DNA of 63,931 bases, the filler included, from Choristocarpus tenellus KU-1152 (taxonomy: Eukaryota > Protista > Phaeophyceae), in the NCBI GenBank assembly GCA_964200185.2. It is 10 parts of 10 records of this genome, joined end to end, with 100 filler letters (N's around TTAATTAATTAA, not from the genome) between each part and the next. Parts side by side here need not be neighbours in the genome. Positions count along the whole stretch, not along the records: positions 7,101 to 13,625 come from CAXNAD020007941.1; positions 13,726 to 16,411 come from CAXNAD020025655.1; positions 16,512 to 20,382 come from CAXNAD020017476.1; positions 20,483 to 23,463 come from CAXNAD020023186.1; positions 23,564 to 30,345 come from CAXNAD020007365.1; 5 more parts are not named here. One strand, 5' to 3'. Under the pieces are notes generated by a model. That model was not told the DNA's origin. It ran no database searches and was given only the letters and a program-made list of their open reading frames with translations. Positions 13,115 to 23,900 of this stretch are shown here, in pieces. Within the stretch, counting starts at the first letter, position 1. Each line of letters begins with the position of its first letter. Made by a program: the position numbers and the translations under genes.

Positions 13115-13582
13115 GTAGACTTGACAGGCACAACCCGAGCTTCTGTCCCAGACGTCCACACTACGGCAGCTCGTGATGCCAGGATTTCGAGGACTCCTTT
13201 TGAACGCAACTGACCAACCTTCCAGGTGATGAACAGTAACACAGGAGGGGAAGTTCCTTGGTACCTCCAGCCCGCCAACAAACCAGTGTTGGCAAGGGGC
13301 AAATGCATGATCCTACTCGCAACCCTTGGAACCAGCAAACCGGATTCCTCCTGTGATATTTAGACTCGCCACCAATAGATCTCTAGGGAGGGAGAAAGCC
13401 CTATCGAACAGGTGTCCCGTAGCCTTGTGCAGGAGGGACTATGTCGACACCTTGACATACTCGTACCTGCCCTTAGGCGAAAGGACAGGTCGCACCAGCA
13501 CAAGCCTATGGTGAAACACCTAGGCCAACTCTGCAAGGGGGTGGGCACCCTTCCCTTGCACTACGGAGGATGACTGCCCTTT
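13115..13582 (+). mobile_element. further 5'-truncated CRE-like copy (zinc-knuckle region), interrupted by MITE and contig end
   Basis: Direct repeat of about 11870-12345; RCPVALCRRDYVDT.HTRTCP..HQHKPMVKHLGQLCKGVG gives a C-C-H-C knuckle. Confidence 0.7.
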
Positions 13583-13625
13583 GGATCAAAGTATCTGGGG
13601 GTGGGGGGGGGTGGCTGTCCATATG
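13583..13625. mobile_element. MITE subfamily A, partial
   Basis: GGATCAAAGTATCTGGGGG terminus followed by GGTGGCTGTCCAT as in 10590-10625. Confidence 0.7.
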
Positions 13626-13725
13626 NNNNNNNNNNNNNNNNNNNNNNNNNNNNNNNNNNNNNNNNNNNNTTAATTAATTAANNNNNNNNNNNNNNNNNNN
13701 NNNNNNNNNNNNNNNNNNNNNNNNN
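13626..13725. other. artificial contig linker
   Basis: N44-TTAATTAATTAA-N44. Confidence 0.98.
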
Positions 13726-13814
13726 ATCCGACACGTGCGACCAAATCACACCAAAAAAGTGAAAATCGAAAAAAGGGTCAAAAACGGACGCCGACACCCC
13801 AGATACTTTGACCC
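13726..13814. mobile_element. MITE subfamily B, partial
   Basis: Reverse complement of 33669-33766; ends CCCAGATACTTTGACCC. Confidence 0.8.
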
Positions 13815-14237
13815 TAACCCTAACCCTACCTCAATGTCATTTAATACACTGACACACACCAACCCGCTCAACAAACATCAAGCATCAAACCTCAACTCTC
13901 CCTACCTCCTAAGGCTCTTCACCCTAACCCTATCTATCTGTGTTGTGTTCCTTCTTCAAATAACAACCACGTGCTACAAACGCATACATACCACACGCTA
14001 TAAATACATACAAAATACTATGTATGGAATCTATATCTTCCAGGCCCTAATCCTAACCCTAAACCTAAAAAAAACAAAAATATTTTTCTGTGCAAAAAGT
14101 AGTGTACAAATAATCATTCAACATCAGTTTCAACCCTAACCCTAACCCTAACCCATACTCCTCAATACAGAATCCGACCCTAACCATAACTCCCCCCCCC
14201 CCAACCCACCCACCCACCCTTAAACAAAAAAACTCAC

Positions 14238-16084
14238 CGGTTATTGTCACCACGACAGCCCATGCCACCAGCACAGTTCCCAGAGCCCTCAATGCCTCCC
14301 CACTTCCTGCCCTGGCAGCCCCGTAGCTTTGTCTGATCAGATCCCCTGAGGCACGGAAGGGGGAAGTGACTACACGAGCGGTGGTTTTGCACATGGACAG
14401 CATGGCGTCAGAAGCACTCCCCACAAAGGTGACAAGAGGATTGGGGGGTTTCCTGCGCCTGATGCTCTTTCGCCACACAATAGGCATGCCTGTTAACAAG
14501 TATCAAGTGTTAATACGTATCAGGTGTTAATAATATGAAGTGTTAATGCGTATCAGGTGTTAATACACATCAAGTGTTAATGCATATCAAGTGCATACAA
14601 AAAATTAACACAACATTTTTGTACTAAAAATCGAAAGATACACAGTAGTAGCAATAGTAACATATGTATTTATGTCGTAGTAGCAATAGTAACATAAGTA
14701 TTTATGTAGTAATAGCAATAGTAACATATGTATTTATGTAGTAGTAGCAATAGTAACATATGTATGTATGTATGTATACACTTATGTATGCATTATGTAA
14801 GTATACATGTATGCATGTGTGGTCAAGATATTATAATTATGATATTTTTTAGTTGAGCAGACTTCACGGAACCACTTTATTTTTTTTCTCTGCACAAGAT
14901 GAAATACTTCACTATGGGGTTAGGGCTGGGCCACCTTCTTAGCACATTAAGACACACAACTGTTGAGGCTGGCTGGGCAAGTCCTGGAAATGAAAAAGGA
15001 GATGGCTAAGAGAACCACTGAGTGCAAAAATGATGTAAAACTAGATATAACAGCAACATATTGTCTCAACTTTCCGTCACTATACGGAAGAGGTCATTTT
15101 GTCAAATGTTTCTAACCCTAACCCTAACATACACTTAGGGTTACAAAAAAAAACTGATTCGGCAGCATGGTATACAATTTGGTATAGAATCTGATAAACA
15201 AGATGATGCAGATTCAAGAACACATGAACCTTGCTTTTTAAAACTCGGGAGCATGAGCCGAATTTTTGTTCTTAAATAAATTTATACTTTGTTTTACACA
15301 ACAATATGTGCGTTCTATAGACAATCGAAATGAAAGACCCGTTTTTTTAAGTTTTTTTTTGGAAGATTTGGAAGATGGTGATACAGTGACACGATATGCA
15401 TTGCTATTAGTGACTTGTGGCAACCAATGCACAGGTGTAGACAAACACGGTGTTGGATGTTGAAAAAACAGTATACATATATTTTTTCACTGTACAGAAA
15501 TACACTATATATAATTGATACGACATAAACACAAGAAGTACAATTATGTAAAAATATTGAAACTTATACAATATATAACTACAGAGGCTCACTGCACATT
15601 TTGGGGTCCTGTCTACACTGCTGGTCAACAGGTGGTACTGTTACACATACCACATCACCTGTACAAGAGGAATTGCTTTGTATTGTTATTACTATCATCA
15701 TTGTTAATATTATCATTGTTAATATCATCATTATCAATATTATCATTTGCTAATATCATCATATTAATATCATTATGAATATCATAGTTATTAATATTAC
15801 TATCATTATTCAAATTATCATTATCAATATCATAGTTATCAATATTATCATTATTATTACGATCATTATCAAAATTATCAAAAGTGGAAAAAATGCACTC
15901 CGCAGTCAGAACAGACTCGGTGACAAGACCCTTTTTTTTTTAAGAATAATAATAATAATAATAATAATAAGAGGGCCTCACCAGCACGGGGTCTGGGAAG
16001 TGACTTTTCAATGACCACTGCGGCAATCTGAGGGTCCATATCATCAACCTCCTCTGGACGGTAGTCGAGTTCGTCCACAAGCAC
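14238..16084 (-). CDS. internal exons (16084-15982 and 14489-14238) of a hypothetical membrane-anchored protein
   Basis: GTGAGG..AACAG intron 15981-14490 joins VLVDELDYRPEEVDDMDPQIAAVVIEKSLPRPRA to GMPIVWRK in frame; second exon ends in hydrophobic ALGTVLVAWAVVVTIT before a GTGAGT donor. Confidence 0.75.
14500..14770. repeat. intronic tandem repeats (~17-bp TATCARGTGTTAATRCR units; ~30-bp TAGTAGCAATAGTAACATATGTATTTATG units)
   Basis: Directly visible. Confidence 0.8.
15685..15880. repeat. ATC/ATT low-complexity tract
   Basis: Directly visible; yields a poly-Ile spurious ORF. Confidence 0.85.
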
Positions 16085-16093
16085 CTTTTATCG

Positions 16094-16223
16094 GGTTAGG
16101 GTTAAGGTTAGCGTTAGGGTTAGGGTTACAGTTCAAGACATAAGGGCGATACAAAACGTAGCAGACACTTCTACAACTGTCTCAGTTAGGGATACTTAGG
16201 GTTAGGGTTATCTAGGGTTAGGG
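16094..16223. repeat. interstitial telomere-like (TTAGGG)n tract; similar short tracts near 13811, 14133, 15113, 22143, 58108, 62015
   Basis: Directly visible degenerate TTAGGG/CCCTAA runs. Confidence 0.85.
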
Positions 16224-16411
16224 CAACACAAGATTCCAATCCATTGCAAAGCGAAGCAGAGCCGTTACGATCGTGCGATGACGGAACGCACTTTGCATTT
16301 TATGCTCGCAATTTCTAGACGCACGATCGCGTGTACAGAACCCCCTCCCCCCCCCCCCCCCCCCCCCCCCCCCACAAAAAAAAAAAAAAAAAAAAAAATA
16401 AACAAAGGACC

Positions 16412-16511
16412 NNNNNNNNNNNNNNNNNNNNNNNNNNNNNNNNNNNNNNNNNNNNTTAATTAATTAANNNNNNNNNNNNNNNNNNNNNNNNNNNNNNNNN
16501 NNNNNNNNNNN
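16412..16511. other. artificial contig linker
   Basis: N44-TTAATTAATTAA-N44. Confidence 0.98.
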
Positions 16512-16628
16512 ATGGGCTTGACCCAAAATTGACTGGGATAAAGTGCCGATATGTTTTGTTTTTTTAAAATGACAATACGAAAGAAACATATCGACACTTT
16601 ATCCCAGTCAATTTTGGATCAAACCCAT
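16512..16628 (-). repeat. 45-bp-arm inverted repeat / hairpin with 27-nt loop
   Basis: Arms 16512-16556 and 16584-16628 are complementary with 3 mismatches, all G:U pairs if transcribed from the minus strand. Confidence 0.85.
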
Positions 16629-16959
16629 CCTCAATGAAAAGCTCCATCCTCAATTTTTGAAATCTGCTGTTCACAGTTGAACTTTATTGGGATAGAGAGA
16701 AACAACAGATTTCGACGACAATGAAAAAAAAGAATGGGGAAGAGTTTGTTCAAACCCGTGTATTGTACCTCTGAATTCTATACTGACCTTCAACTAGAAG
16801 TGGTGCGTGGAATGAGTGAACAATATACTCGATTCTCAAACCCTTAGGAAACTTCCCCCAGCTGCAAAATAATTTGGGAGTTTCAAGATTCAGTACGAAA
16901 AAGAGAGCAAGATCTTATGGGTGGAGGAGTTACAAACCGACGGAACTAACTGTAATTGT

Positions 16960-17214
16960 GAGCCAACGTATCTTAGAGGGTAGGGCCGCATCCATTTGGG
17001 GGCCAAAATCCAATGTTGTGATTTTGATGTAATTTTGCTATCGTGTTTGTTAGGAAGTGTCAATATCCTTGTTCCGGACACACATGTTCATAAGGTATAC
17101 ATTTTACCTACTCCGAAATATTTCGGAGGTAAAATGTCATAAAAAAAGCATTTGAAGCCAAGCACCAAACGGACAAACAGGGCAAAACTCGTACCCTCTG
17201 AGATACTTTCACTC
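16960..17214. mobile_element. MITE subfamily C, complete, TSD TTGT
   Basis: GAGCCAACGTATCTTAGAGGGTA..TACCCTCTGAGATACTTTCACTC TIRs; TTGT on both flanks; homologous to 38803-39062 and 44363-44620. Confidence 0.85.
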
Positions 17215-18267
17215 TTGTATCGAGGGCCATACTCTATTGCCCCACCCAGCAGACGAGTGAGTAGAGTAGCCAATTAGCAGGTGAAAAGAAGGGCGTGTAT
17301 TCGTCCTTTCTTTCCCAATAGGGTATGGTAACTATTGTAATGTACTGTATGCATGTATACGATGCATTCAACTACAACATAGACCGGCCCCATTCCTCCT
17401 TTCTGGTTGACTCCAATGCCTCTGTTCGAGGGGTAGATAGATATAGGGGAGGGATTGAATTAGAAACCATGGCCTGTGGCTGGCAGGTGGCTGGTGACTG
17501 GACCCTTGTAAAGAAATAGAGGCGGTCCCGCTGACGCTGGAGTCTCGACTTACTCCTGATTGGTGCTTACGTACACAACAATAGAAACAAATACTCTAGA
17601 ACGCCATCAGATCTCAGATTGTGACTGACCATAATACAAACAATACAACATACATGAATCAATTCGACACATCGTGGGTGGGTGTTACTGCTGATGAGAT
17701 GAATTAGAGATAGATGGGACGATTAACACACATACATGCATATATTTACACAAATAACGTTAGAAGCACCACAAAGAGTGTTGGTGAGCAACAAGAGGAA
17801 TATTGCTCGTGTTTCCCTCTTTGTGTACAGTAGCATTATTAAGAACATTTTGCTGCACAAGTTCCAGCCCTTCCTTTCTGTTACGAATACTGAAGTTGCA
17901 AATTCACCATGTAGTAGAGGTAGTACTAATAGTATCAATTGCAAGGACGTAGTAGGCAGGTACTCAAACCAACGTATATAATATGCTGTTCCTCATCATG
18001 TACGTACAATCATATGAATAATTGGCACTTAGATTCGAGCAGAACTCTCATCAGCCGTCGCCACCCTTCCTTGCCGGCTAAGCGAGGTTGTGTGATGATG
18101 CCAGTCTAAAAATAAAGGAAGACCACAACTACCTACTCTGGCATACACCACAGCCCACAAGAAACGGGATTAACAAAGTAATACATCAATTAGAAATTAG
18201 CCATGGAAGCAGCTAACATCACCATCCCATCCGTCTCAACCTTGCCCCCCCTCCACACCCAACATTG

Positions 18268-20382
18268 TCACGGTAGAAAAAAAGAGGGCAGAGGAGTCAG
18301 GCAGCCTCCCTCTTCATCTGAGGAGTGCCTATGTGCTTCCCCTCCCTTTTCGACTCCCCCTACTTCCAACCCCCGTCTCCTCCAACCCACCATGTTCTGT
18401 TTGGATACACTAATATGCAACAGCTTCACAACACACACACACACAACAGGTACTCCGGGCACCTTTCCTGTCCTCCAATACCAACACAAATGGGGCAGGG
18501 GTCCAGAAGGGGCCAGAGCCAGGGTTGGGGCTCATGCAAGAGCTACGCTGTCCTAGTCTTTTCTACTACACTCTCAACCCCACCGCTCATTGTAACAACG
18601 CACACGGATTGGGTGTGACAGTGGCATCAGTTTCGTAAGGCCCATGCAGATACGGAATACACGATCTTCAGCTGCGCGTCGACTTGGGAATTGTGTGGAC
18701 ACCTCTTCTGCCCACTCTCGGACACCCTCAGCATCTGCTTTGAAGGCCCCCTTGGGATTCACAGCCAGCACTCCATCGCCACTACCACCACACGTGTTCC
18801 CACCATGTGATGTTGCACTATCACCACGGTCACCCCTTTCTGTGCTGCGAGGATCTCCACGGAGGAGTGTCCTTGAGATGTGCTCCAAGGCAGCTGCAGG
18901 GTGGAAGGGGAGAGATGTATCATTCCGCATTGCATTGACGTTCATGAAGCCATGGCGTACGCAACCAGCCATAAGACCCAAATCGTGGATCCAGGGACAC
19001 CACCATACTGGCAAACCCTGCTCATAGGGTGTACAAAGATGGGGCAAGGGGGTGGGATTGGAAGGGTTGACAGGAAGCAGGGGTAAGGTTCAGACTGGTA
19101 AAGGGTTTAGGATCCATAGTGGTACACAAAACTGACAGAGGCTTGTGAATGGTGGCATTGGTAGTTGAAGGTGTACATTCTCATAACAATGAACATAAAA
19201 ATACAAGACAGTATTGACCAATGCCAGCAGTGAAGCCTGTGACTTCCTCCTCTGCCAAAGTAAAGCAGTATACAACCCCCACCTCCGAATGCCTTTGTCT
19301 TGTATTGAACAGTAGTATCACAACAGGAACATCAGCAACCATTTCAGATGCAGAAAATACACACCTTGGAGCCAGCCATCAGGATATATATATATATATA
19401 TATATCACACCTTGTTGGATGGTATTGACAGTACCACTGTGATACTTCAAAGCGTACATCAAAATCCTCTTACCTACCTTGGAAGGGCAGAGCAACATTC
19501 CCCACCATCACAAACCTCATGCGAACATGAACACATTCCCCTCCTATCCCCTCAAATCTCCGATCCCTCACATTCCCACACCCCTTGCCCACACTATCGT
19601 CTTGCTGGCTAACTGACCTCCTTGGAGTGCTTGATACGTGCCATTGGACTATTCCTAGACCATTGCGCTGCCGCTGCCTGTCTCTTGTTAAGAAACATTC
19701 GAATAGTGCGAAGAAGCTGCAGTATCACAGTATCACAGCATCACAGCACCGAGAAATTGACACAACAGTTACATAGTACAGTAGGGGCTGAGCAAGGTAT
19801 CGCAATAACATGAACATGAACATGAATGGTGCTGTTTGCTCATGGTTAGGGTAATACACAGATCACAAACAACCTCAAACAAAGGCGATAGGTAGCCCTA
19901 CAGATGTTCACCCCCTTGTCAAAAACCACCCTAACCCTGACCTTCCACAACCTCTATACAGGCCTACCAATAATACAGACACAAAAGAGCTCATAATTGA
20001 CTCCCTGTACATTTTCTTTTTTAACGCGAACAATGAACCACAGCAGACAAATAATTACTCTCCCTCTTCGTTCCCGTTCCCCTCCATACCCCTGCCTCCC
20101 TCCCTGCATAGATAGGCTACCCACAGGCTAGGCTACATGCAACCAATAGAAATAAAAACATAAAAATAGCACCTGTTGCCTCTTGAGAAAAATATATGCC
20201 ACTCCCCTTGCCACAGGGCTATGTTCTGCTACGCTCCTTGTAGGGTCTGGGAAGAACGATAACTGATCACCAGAATCAAAGTTACCCCCTGACCCACCTC
20301 CCCCTCCCATCCCCCCCTTCCCTTTACCACTGCCATTGGCAGCTGTGGCAATCTCTCCATCCTTTCCCCCCTCCCCGCCCTG
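18268..20382 (-). CDS. C-terminal part of a CHD6-9/kismet-like chromodomain helicase (exons >20380-20173, 19716-19618, 19017-18604; 3' exons uncertain)
   Basis: In-frame GT-AG splicing gives FLKRQQ-LLRTIRMFL..KE-GLPVWWCPWIHDLGLMAGCVRHGF..FPSRRAAEDRVFRIC, matching the LLRKIR..LPxWWxxxxHDxxLLxGxxKHG..WP signature of CHD6-9 SLIDE-like regions. Confidence 0.65.
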
Positions 20383-20482
20383 NNNNNNNNNNNNNNNNNN
20401 NNNNNNNNNNNNNNNNNNNNNNNNNNTTAATTAATTAANNNNNNNNNNNNNNNNNNNNNNNNNNNNNNNNNNNNNNNNNNNN
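20383..20482. other. artificial contig linker
   Basis: N44-TTAATTAATTAA-N44. Confidence 0.98.
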
Positions 20483-20554
20483 GGTTGGGGTTGTGTGTGG
20501 GGGTGGGGGGGGGGGGGTTTGGTTTGGGCGTGGGGGGGGGGGGGGGGGGGGGGG

Positions 20555-20730
20555 GGGGAGGGGGGTCTACAGGTGTCCATTTGGACTGAAATCAGGAAAA
20601 GTGCATTTACATTATCCATCCAACGTATGGAACCAAATCACCAAAAAAATCGCGACATGGAAAAATTGCCCCCAAATAGGCAGCCGCCACCCCCCCCCCC
20701 CCCCCCCCCCCCCCTCCCCTCTTTCTATGA

Positions 20731-20761
<31 letters not shown>

Positions 20762-20834
20762 ATTATATTATAAANNNNNNNNNNCCCCAAATAGGCAGCC
20801 GCCACCCCCCCCCTCCCCCCCGATACTTTGAGCC
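20555..20834. mobile_element. MITE subfamily A, poorly assembled
   Basis: Interior matches 27340-27490; ends CCCGATACTTTGAGCC; local duplication around a 10-N gap. Confidence 0.7.
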
Positions 20835-22329
20835 TTTACGGATACCTATTTTCTAATATTATTCTAGATATATCTTAGGAATTGACAAAATGTCAAGAAT
20901 CTCAGGATAGGACAAGAAGTATTTGCAAATAAATGTTGAGGAGAAAATCCGGTATAGAGTTGTCAGGCACAAATGAAGACAAATGAAGGCGGACGCACAC
21001 TCGACACTTGACAAATGTATTGATACATTTGAATTGTACTTGAACATTAAATCAATAACATGGCGGGGATAAACCTCTGCAACATAGCAGACAATACAAC
21101 AGACGATGGAGACCATATTGGAGAAAAGTAATTCCAAGTATGAATGTAAGTTTTGATCAAGAATGGTACATGAGCAAGTATGAATGTAAGAACCTTCAAG
21201 CTCGACGTGTGTCACACACTTCTCTCAATCACTTTTGTCATGCAGTACAAACTACTAGTATCTAAACTCTCTACATCAAACTGGATTCCAAACATTGAAG
21301 CAAAATTCCGGGTTCGTGGCAACAAGCTCCGAGAGGATGTCCACTCTGTTGGTGCTCGCATGAGCCCTGAGGACGACTGGTTTTACGGAGAGGAGTTGCG
21401 TTTGGAGGGGGAGGTGAGGATAACAACAAACATGCACTCCAGAGTAAAAAGTGGAATACAATGTAAACTTTGAGTCCATTTTGGCACCCTGACTATGTGA
21501 ATGAGGAGTACATTCGCTACACTAGTGAGAGAGAGACAGAGACAGTGAGATTGTGATAGGGACTGTGCATTATTCCAGTCTTGTGGATGGTTCATTATTC
21601 CATGGAAAAAGAGAGATCAAGTTTCCAATGCTTTAGAATGTTTGTCCTCTTTCCTCACGACCTCCTACTTCCTCATATCATATGCATAGGATATTGTTGA
21701 GCGAGGTCATATTATTGATGACGAGCGACGAGCAATTGAGGCAGAAAGCGCAGTGAAGATTTGCAAGTTTGAGGCTGACTTCCAGCAATTCGAGGTGGGA
21801 CCGTTGACACCAAATGCACATTGGGTGTGCCCCAACAGGATCAATACAGCAGATGAAGCATGCGTAACATCTGGTTACTGGCTTTTTTTATTGTGGATTT
21901 GGTGCACCCTCCACCAAGGCCAGAATTCTGCTAGCTGTCTGCAACACTTGGACAATATGAATCTTGTATGTTCATGTCACTTGATATAACATGTATACAT
22001 CTTCTTATCAACCGCTGAACCTTACAGAGCCCACCTCCATAGAGCTAAAGTTGTCATTGCTTAGAGAGAGCTGCTAGCACATTGATGTATTGATAGATAA
22101 GTAGTACCATAGTCCATGTCTTTATCACTCATTGATCCCTAACTTAGGGTTAGGGTTAGGGTTAGTCAGGTTGGCAAGAGTTGATGAGGATGGCTATATT
22201 TGTTTCTTATCACGTTGAATATTACATTATCACCCACCTCCTCCTGGATATATCATTGTTGATCCCCCTTTCACTCTCCTGCAATCGGTTCCCTTAATGG
22301 CATGCCCCTCCCAACCCCCCCTCAAAAAA

Positions 22330-22514
22330 AAACACATGCTCACCAACCTCAGCGCATTACAAGGGAGGAAATGGCCAATGATAGGAGGGCAATGGAAGCA
22401 AAGATTAATGCTGAGGCACAGGGGGTCAACAAAGAGATTGAGCTTCGCACAAGAGAGCTCCTGCGTATGAAGGATCAAAAAGTGCTTGAACTGGAGGAAG
22501 AAGAAAAGAGGTGA
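22330..22514 (+). pseudogene. coiled-coil coding remnant of unknown, possibly transposon-associated, protein
   Basis: RITREEMANDRRAMEAKINAEAQGVNKEIELRTRELLRMKDQKVLELEEEEKR reads like a natural coiled coil; no intact upstream frame found. Confidence 0.3.
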
Positions 22515-23374
22515 AAAGGCTACCTGCAGACACCTACCAGGAAGCGTAAAATCCATCGTTTGTATTCTAACATCTCCTTGAAGACTATTACTAGAATACA
22601 AGTTTAAATCCTTGAGTAGGACATACAATCAATGTAAGAGTAGCGTGATTCTGTCAACTATCCAGAGGCGCGAGTTCTCCTAGTCTGTTGAGCACAGTCT
22701 GTTGAGCCTAGTCTGTTGAGCACAGCAAGCCAAGGAGATCTGACCATGAGCAAATGAACTATCTATAACTTCAAACATATTCAGCAACTAAATTATCTTC
22801 CACTATCGTCTGGTGTGAATAAATCTTGTACTCAAAATAGAGATCTACATACAACCATTCCAAATAACAAATATCATCACAGGTTTGAAGTGATCACATG
22901 TACATGTCAACAAATCACCTACTATGTATATATTGGGACATTCTGGAAGTCGTCGTTTGAGGTCAACCTTGATAAGATATTTGCAAGAACCTTTATGTGT
23001 GTGTGTTGCAATGGTCTTATGCTCCTGGTGTTAAGCTCTAACTCCAACAGACCACATGCATTTTACAAAAATCAAACTCAACAAACCACTCAAGTTTCAA
23101 ATCTAACCATAAACCCATCTAAACAAGTTCATACTAACAAGGACTTGATGGCACTAAATAAATTAAGGACATGCACAGACAGTCTCAAGGCTGCTGGAAC
23201 ATACCTGTATATTGCTTGACAGTGTTTCTCAGTTCATTAGCCTGAATCGGTACAGCTGATAAATTTTCCAGAAAATTCCAGTTTTTTCCACTGTCTTGTC
23301 AGTCTATTTCAGATTTCAATATTGTAAGGCTACATACTCAGTGTAGGTGCACTTGGAATGCTATTGATAATATA

Positions 23375-23463
23375 GGGTCAAAGTATCTGGGGGTGAGAGT
23401 GTCGGCATCCGTTTTTCACCCTTTTTTCAATTTTCAGTTTTTTGGTGTGATTTGGTCGCACGT
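23375..23463. mobile_element. MITE subfamily B, partial
   Basis: GGGTCAAAGTATCTGGGGG terminus; matches 33669-33760. Confidence 0.8.
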
Positions 23464-23563
23464 NNNNNNNNNNNNNNNNNNNNNNNNNNNNNNNNNNNNN
23501 NNNNNNNTTAATTAATTAANNNNNNNNNNNNNNNNNNNNNNNNNNNNNNNNNNNNNNNNNNNN
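23464..23563. other. artificial contig linker
   Basis: N44-TTAATTAATTAA-N44. Confidence 0.98.
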
Positions 23564-23799
23564 AGAAGAAAATACAAAAAGCAGTGGAAGAAGAAAAAGT
23601 AGGAAGAGAAGAGTATACAATTTACTACAATAAGAAGAAGCAAAAGGCTTCTACCTTGCGTGTAAACAGACAAACGGAAATTTTACATAGGTCTTTATTA
23701 TATATGAGTGAAAGTGTAAATTTATGTAATATTGGCAATATAATAAAATACATACCAAAACAACATGAAGAGAACAAGAAATTCATGTAGTGCGATGTA

Positions 23800-23900
23800 A
23801 TATTATTATATTTTATTATGCCCTCTGACATTTTGTACATGTGTCAGTGGGGAAACAAATGAAAACTTGACATACGTCAGTATAAGCCATGAAGAAATAA
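23800..23900 (-). repeat. CRE-like family 3'-end fragment with hairpin
   Basis: CCCTCTGACATTTTGTACATGTGTCAGTGGGG, preceded on + by a TTA-rich tail. Confidence 0.55.

Noticed and set aside
13583-13814. One MITE spanning the gap
   Set aside because: The left half is subfamily A and the right half subfamily B, separated by an artificial linker.
16094-16223. True telomere
   Set aside because: Short, degenerate, intronic and flanked by unique sequence.
20431-20831. Poly-Pro/Gly/Phe ORFs (also 16278-16463, 53061-53330, 61393-61743)
   Set aside because: Homopolymer runs at low-quality contig ends.
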